This document shows positions 62,501 through 64,000 of a DNA stretch of 64,000 nt, piece by piece. This DNA is from Cenococcum geophilum (lineage: Eukaryota), in assembly GCA_050273025.1 (NCBI GenBank), contig CP158636.1:8742001-8806000 (forward strand), read 5' to 3'. Below the pieces are notes generated by a model that worked only from the letters and a program-made list of their open reading frames with translations, was not told the origin of the DNA and searched no databases. The number at the start of each line of letters is the position of its first letter. Position 1 is the first letter of the stretch. The position numbers were made by a program, and so were the translations under genes.

Positions 62501-64000
62501 CCTTTTAAATAATATAGTACTAAAACCAGATAGGATCCTAAATAAAGCCCTAAAGACCTACGGACTACTAATAGCACCTTAGCTTGCGGATATAGCTAAA
62601 GTATACTTTATAATAGGCTACTACCCGAGACTTAGAAGAGCTATAATAATATTTATCCTATATAAAGAAGGTAAAGCAGACTATTTATTTCCAGGGAGCT
62701 ACCGCCCTATTGCCTTAGAAAATACCCTTAGCAAGATCTTAGAAAGGGTAATAGCAGACTATATAGTAGACATGGCTAAGGAATATACCCTACTACCACA
62801 AAGCTAAATAGAGGTAAGAAAGAACCGCTTAACACTATTAGTACTTACACTACTCGCTACCACTATTAAATCTGCATAGGCTATGCAAAGGGACTTTGTA
62901 GTATTAATGCTTAGCCTAGATATTAGTAGCGCTTATAACAATATACCCTATAAGCGTCTCCTATATATCCTTAGGGCAAAAGGCTTCTTAAAATAGATTA
63001 TATAATTTGTTTAAGGGTTTATAAGCTAAAATAAAACATTACTAGTCTTTAGCGGATACTAAAGCCCCCCTATCGCAGTTGCAACAGGAATACTATAAAA
63101 ATTACCCCTCTCGCTTATACTCTTCCTTTTCTTTATAAGCAACCTACTTAACTCCTTTAAGGAATGGCCGACCTAGGGGATAGGCTTTATTAATAATATA
63201 AACCTAATTATATACGGGCTAATAGCCGCAGAGAATTACAGAACACTAAAGAAAGCTTATAATACCTATATAGAATAGGTAAGACAATATAGAGTCTAAT
63301 TCTTACTAAAGAAATACCAGCTAATCTATTTTATAAGAAAACGCAACTAATCTATAAATTTCTAGTATATAATTTATATCTAAGGCTTTAGGGGTTAACT
63401 AGTTTAGGGCCTAAGAGTATTAGGAGTATAGGTAAACAGTAAGCTCTAGTAGAGCGCTTATACGGTATAAGCAGCCTATAAGGGCGAAGTATAGTACATT
63501 ATATTATCTAGGATTGTCAATTTTATATAAGGTCTATACTTCTAAAGGTTTCGCCTACTATATATAGCAGTTATCTGGCTAACCATAATATATAGGTCCA
63601 GTATTTAGGCCATTAGGGAATCTAAGAAAGGCCCCCCTAAATCGCTCCTTAAACCACTCTAAAAAGTCTAAATAGCCTGCCTTTAGGGTATAATAGGTGG
63701 ATATAAGCGAATGGCCATAGCACTACTTAAAAAGGAAGCTAATATTCCCCCTCTATAACTATATATTAAAGCCGCTATAATATAAAGGGCGTAAAAGGAA
63801 CGTAACTCTAATATTATAAAGTACATTAAGATACGCCTAAATAAACTACAAAGAAACCTTAGGGCGCCTTATAGGAGAACAAACCAACAACCCTAAAGTA
63901 GGGAAGATATATTAGAGAAACAGGTAAAGAAAGTAAAAGAAAAATAGTACTGCTTTAGGGCCTAGGCCCATATAGAGGAGAAAAGGAGACGTATAAGAGG

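Larger units (their letters stand above)
49280..64000 (+). mobile_element. 5'-truncated Tad1-like LINE (ORF1 tail, then APE-RT ORF2), interrupted by Gypsy at 49653-60801 and running off the window
   Basis: KCVNC near 49340. APE motifs IIxYNYGN (~61135) and LLGDINLYHPW (~61520). RT motifs SYRPIALENTLSKILE (~62700), LSLDISSAYNN (~62910), GILxKLPLSLILFLF and GFINNINL (degenerate FVDD). Many RIP stops. The left boundary is approximate. Confidence 0.85.

Noticed and set aside
33900..64000. Starship or Helitron element
   Set aside because: No tyrosine-recombinase (DUF3435) or Rep/helicase motifs were recognised; the block is largely explained by the listed TEs.

Overview
Filamentous ascomycete (Pezizomycotina, probably Dothideomycete-like; taxon is a guess) genomic window in two sharply different halves. 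Bases 1-33.5 kb are gene-rich, with intron-containing genes: an HD-domain nucleotidase, augmin subunit HAUS6, a C2H2 plus fungal-TF-domain regulator, Mob3/phocein, a CobW/ZNG1 GTPase, an EXPERA membrane protein, Nup170 and AIM41. This half also holds three pseudogenes (a GPR1/FUN34 transporter and two methyltransferases) and a 2.1-kb non-autonomous hAT insertion that splits a bidirectional promoter. Bases ~33.9-64 kb are an AT-rich, RIP-mutated nest of transposons; target-site duplications (TSDs) can still be read for most of them. It contains a tRNA-derived SINE, a solo LTR interrupted by a minisatellite-filled TIR element, a full-length hAT element interrupted by a Copia element, and a Tad1-like LINE interrupted by a chromodomain Gypsy that itself hosts a gag-only LTR element. 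The most striking observation appears after manually reversing RIP mutations: two unrelated transposon classes each carry a small, spliced accessory gene with six cysteines. One is a DUF3716-like gene in the hAT element, next to tandem CGG-N5-CCG repeats. The other is an antisense Gal4-type Zn2Cys6 plus coiled-coil gene in the Gypsy element. These may be TE-encoded autoregulatory or anti-silencing systems. All annotations are by eye, with no database searches run.
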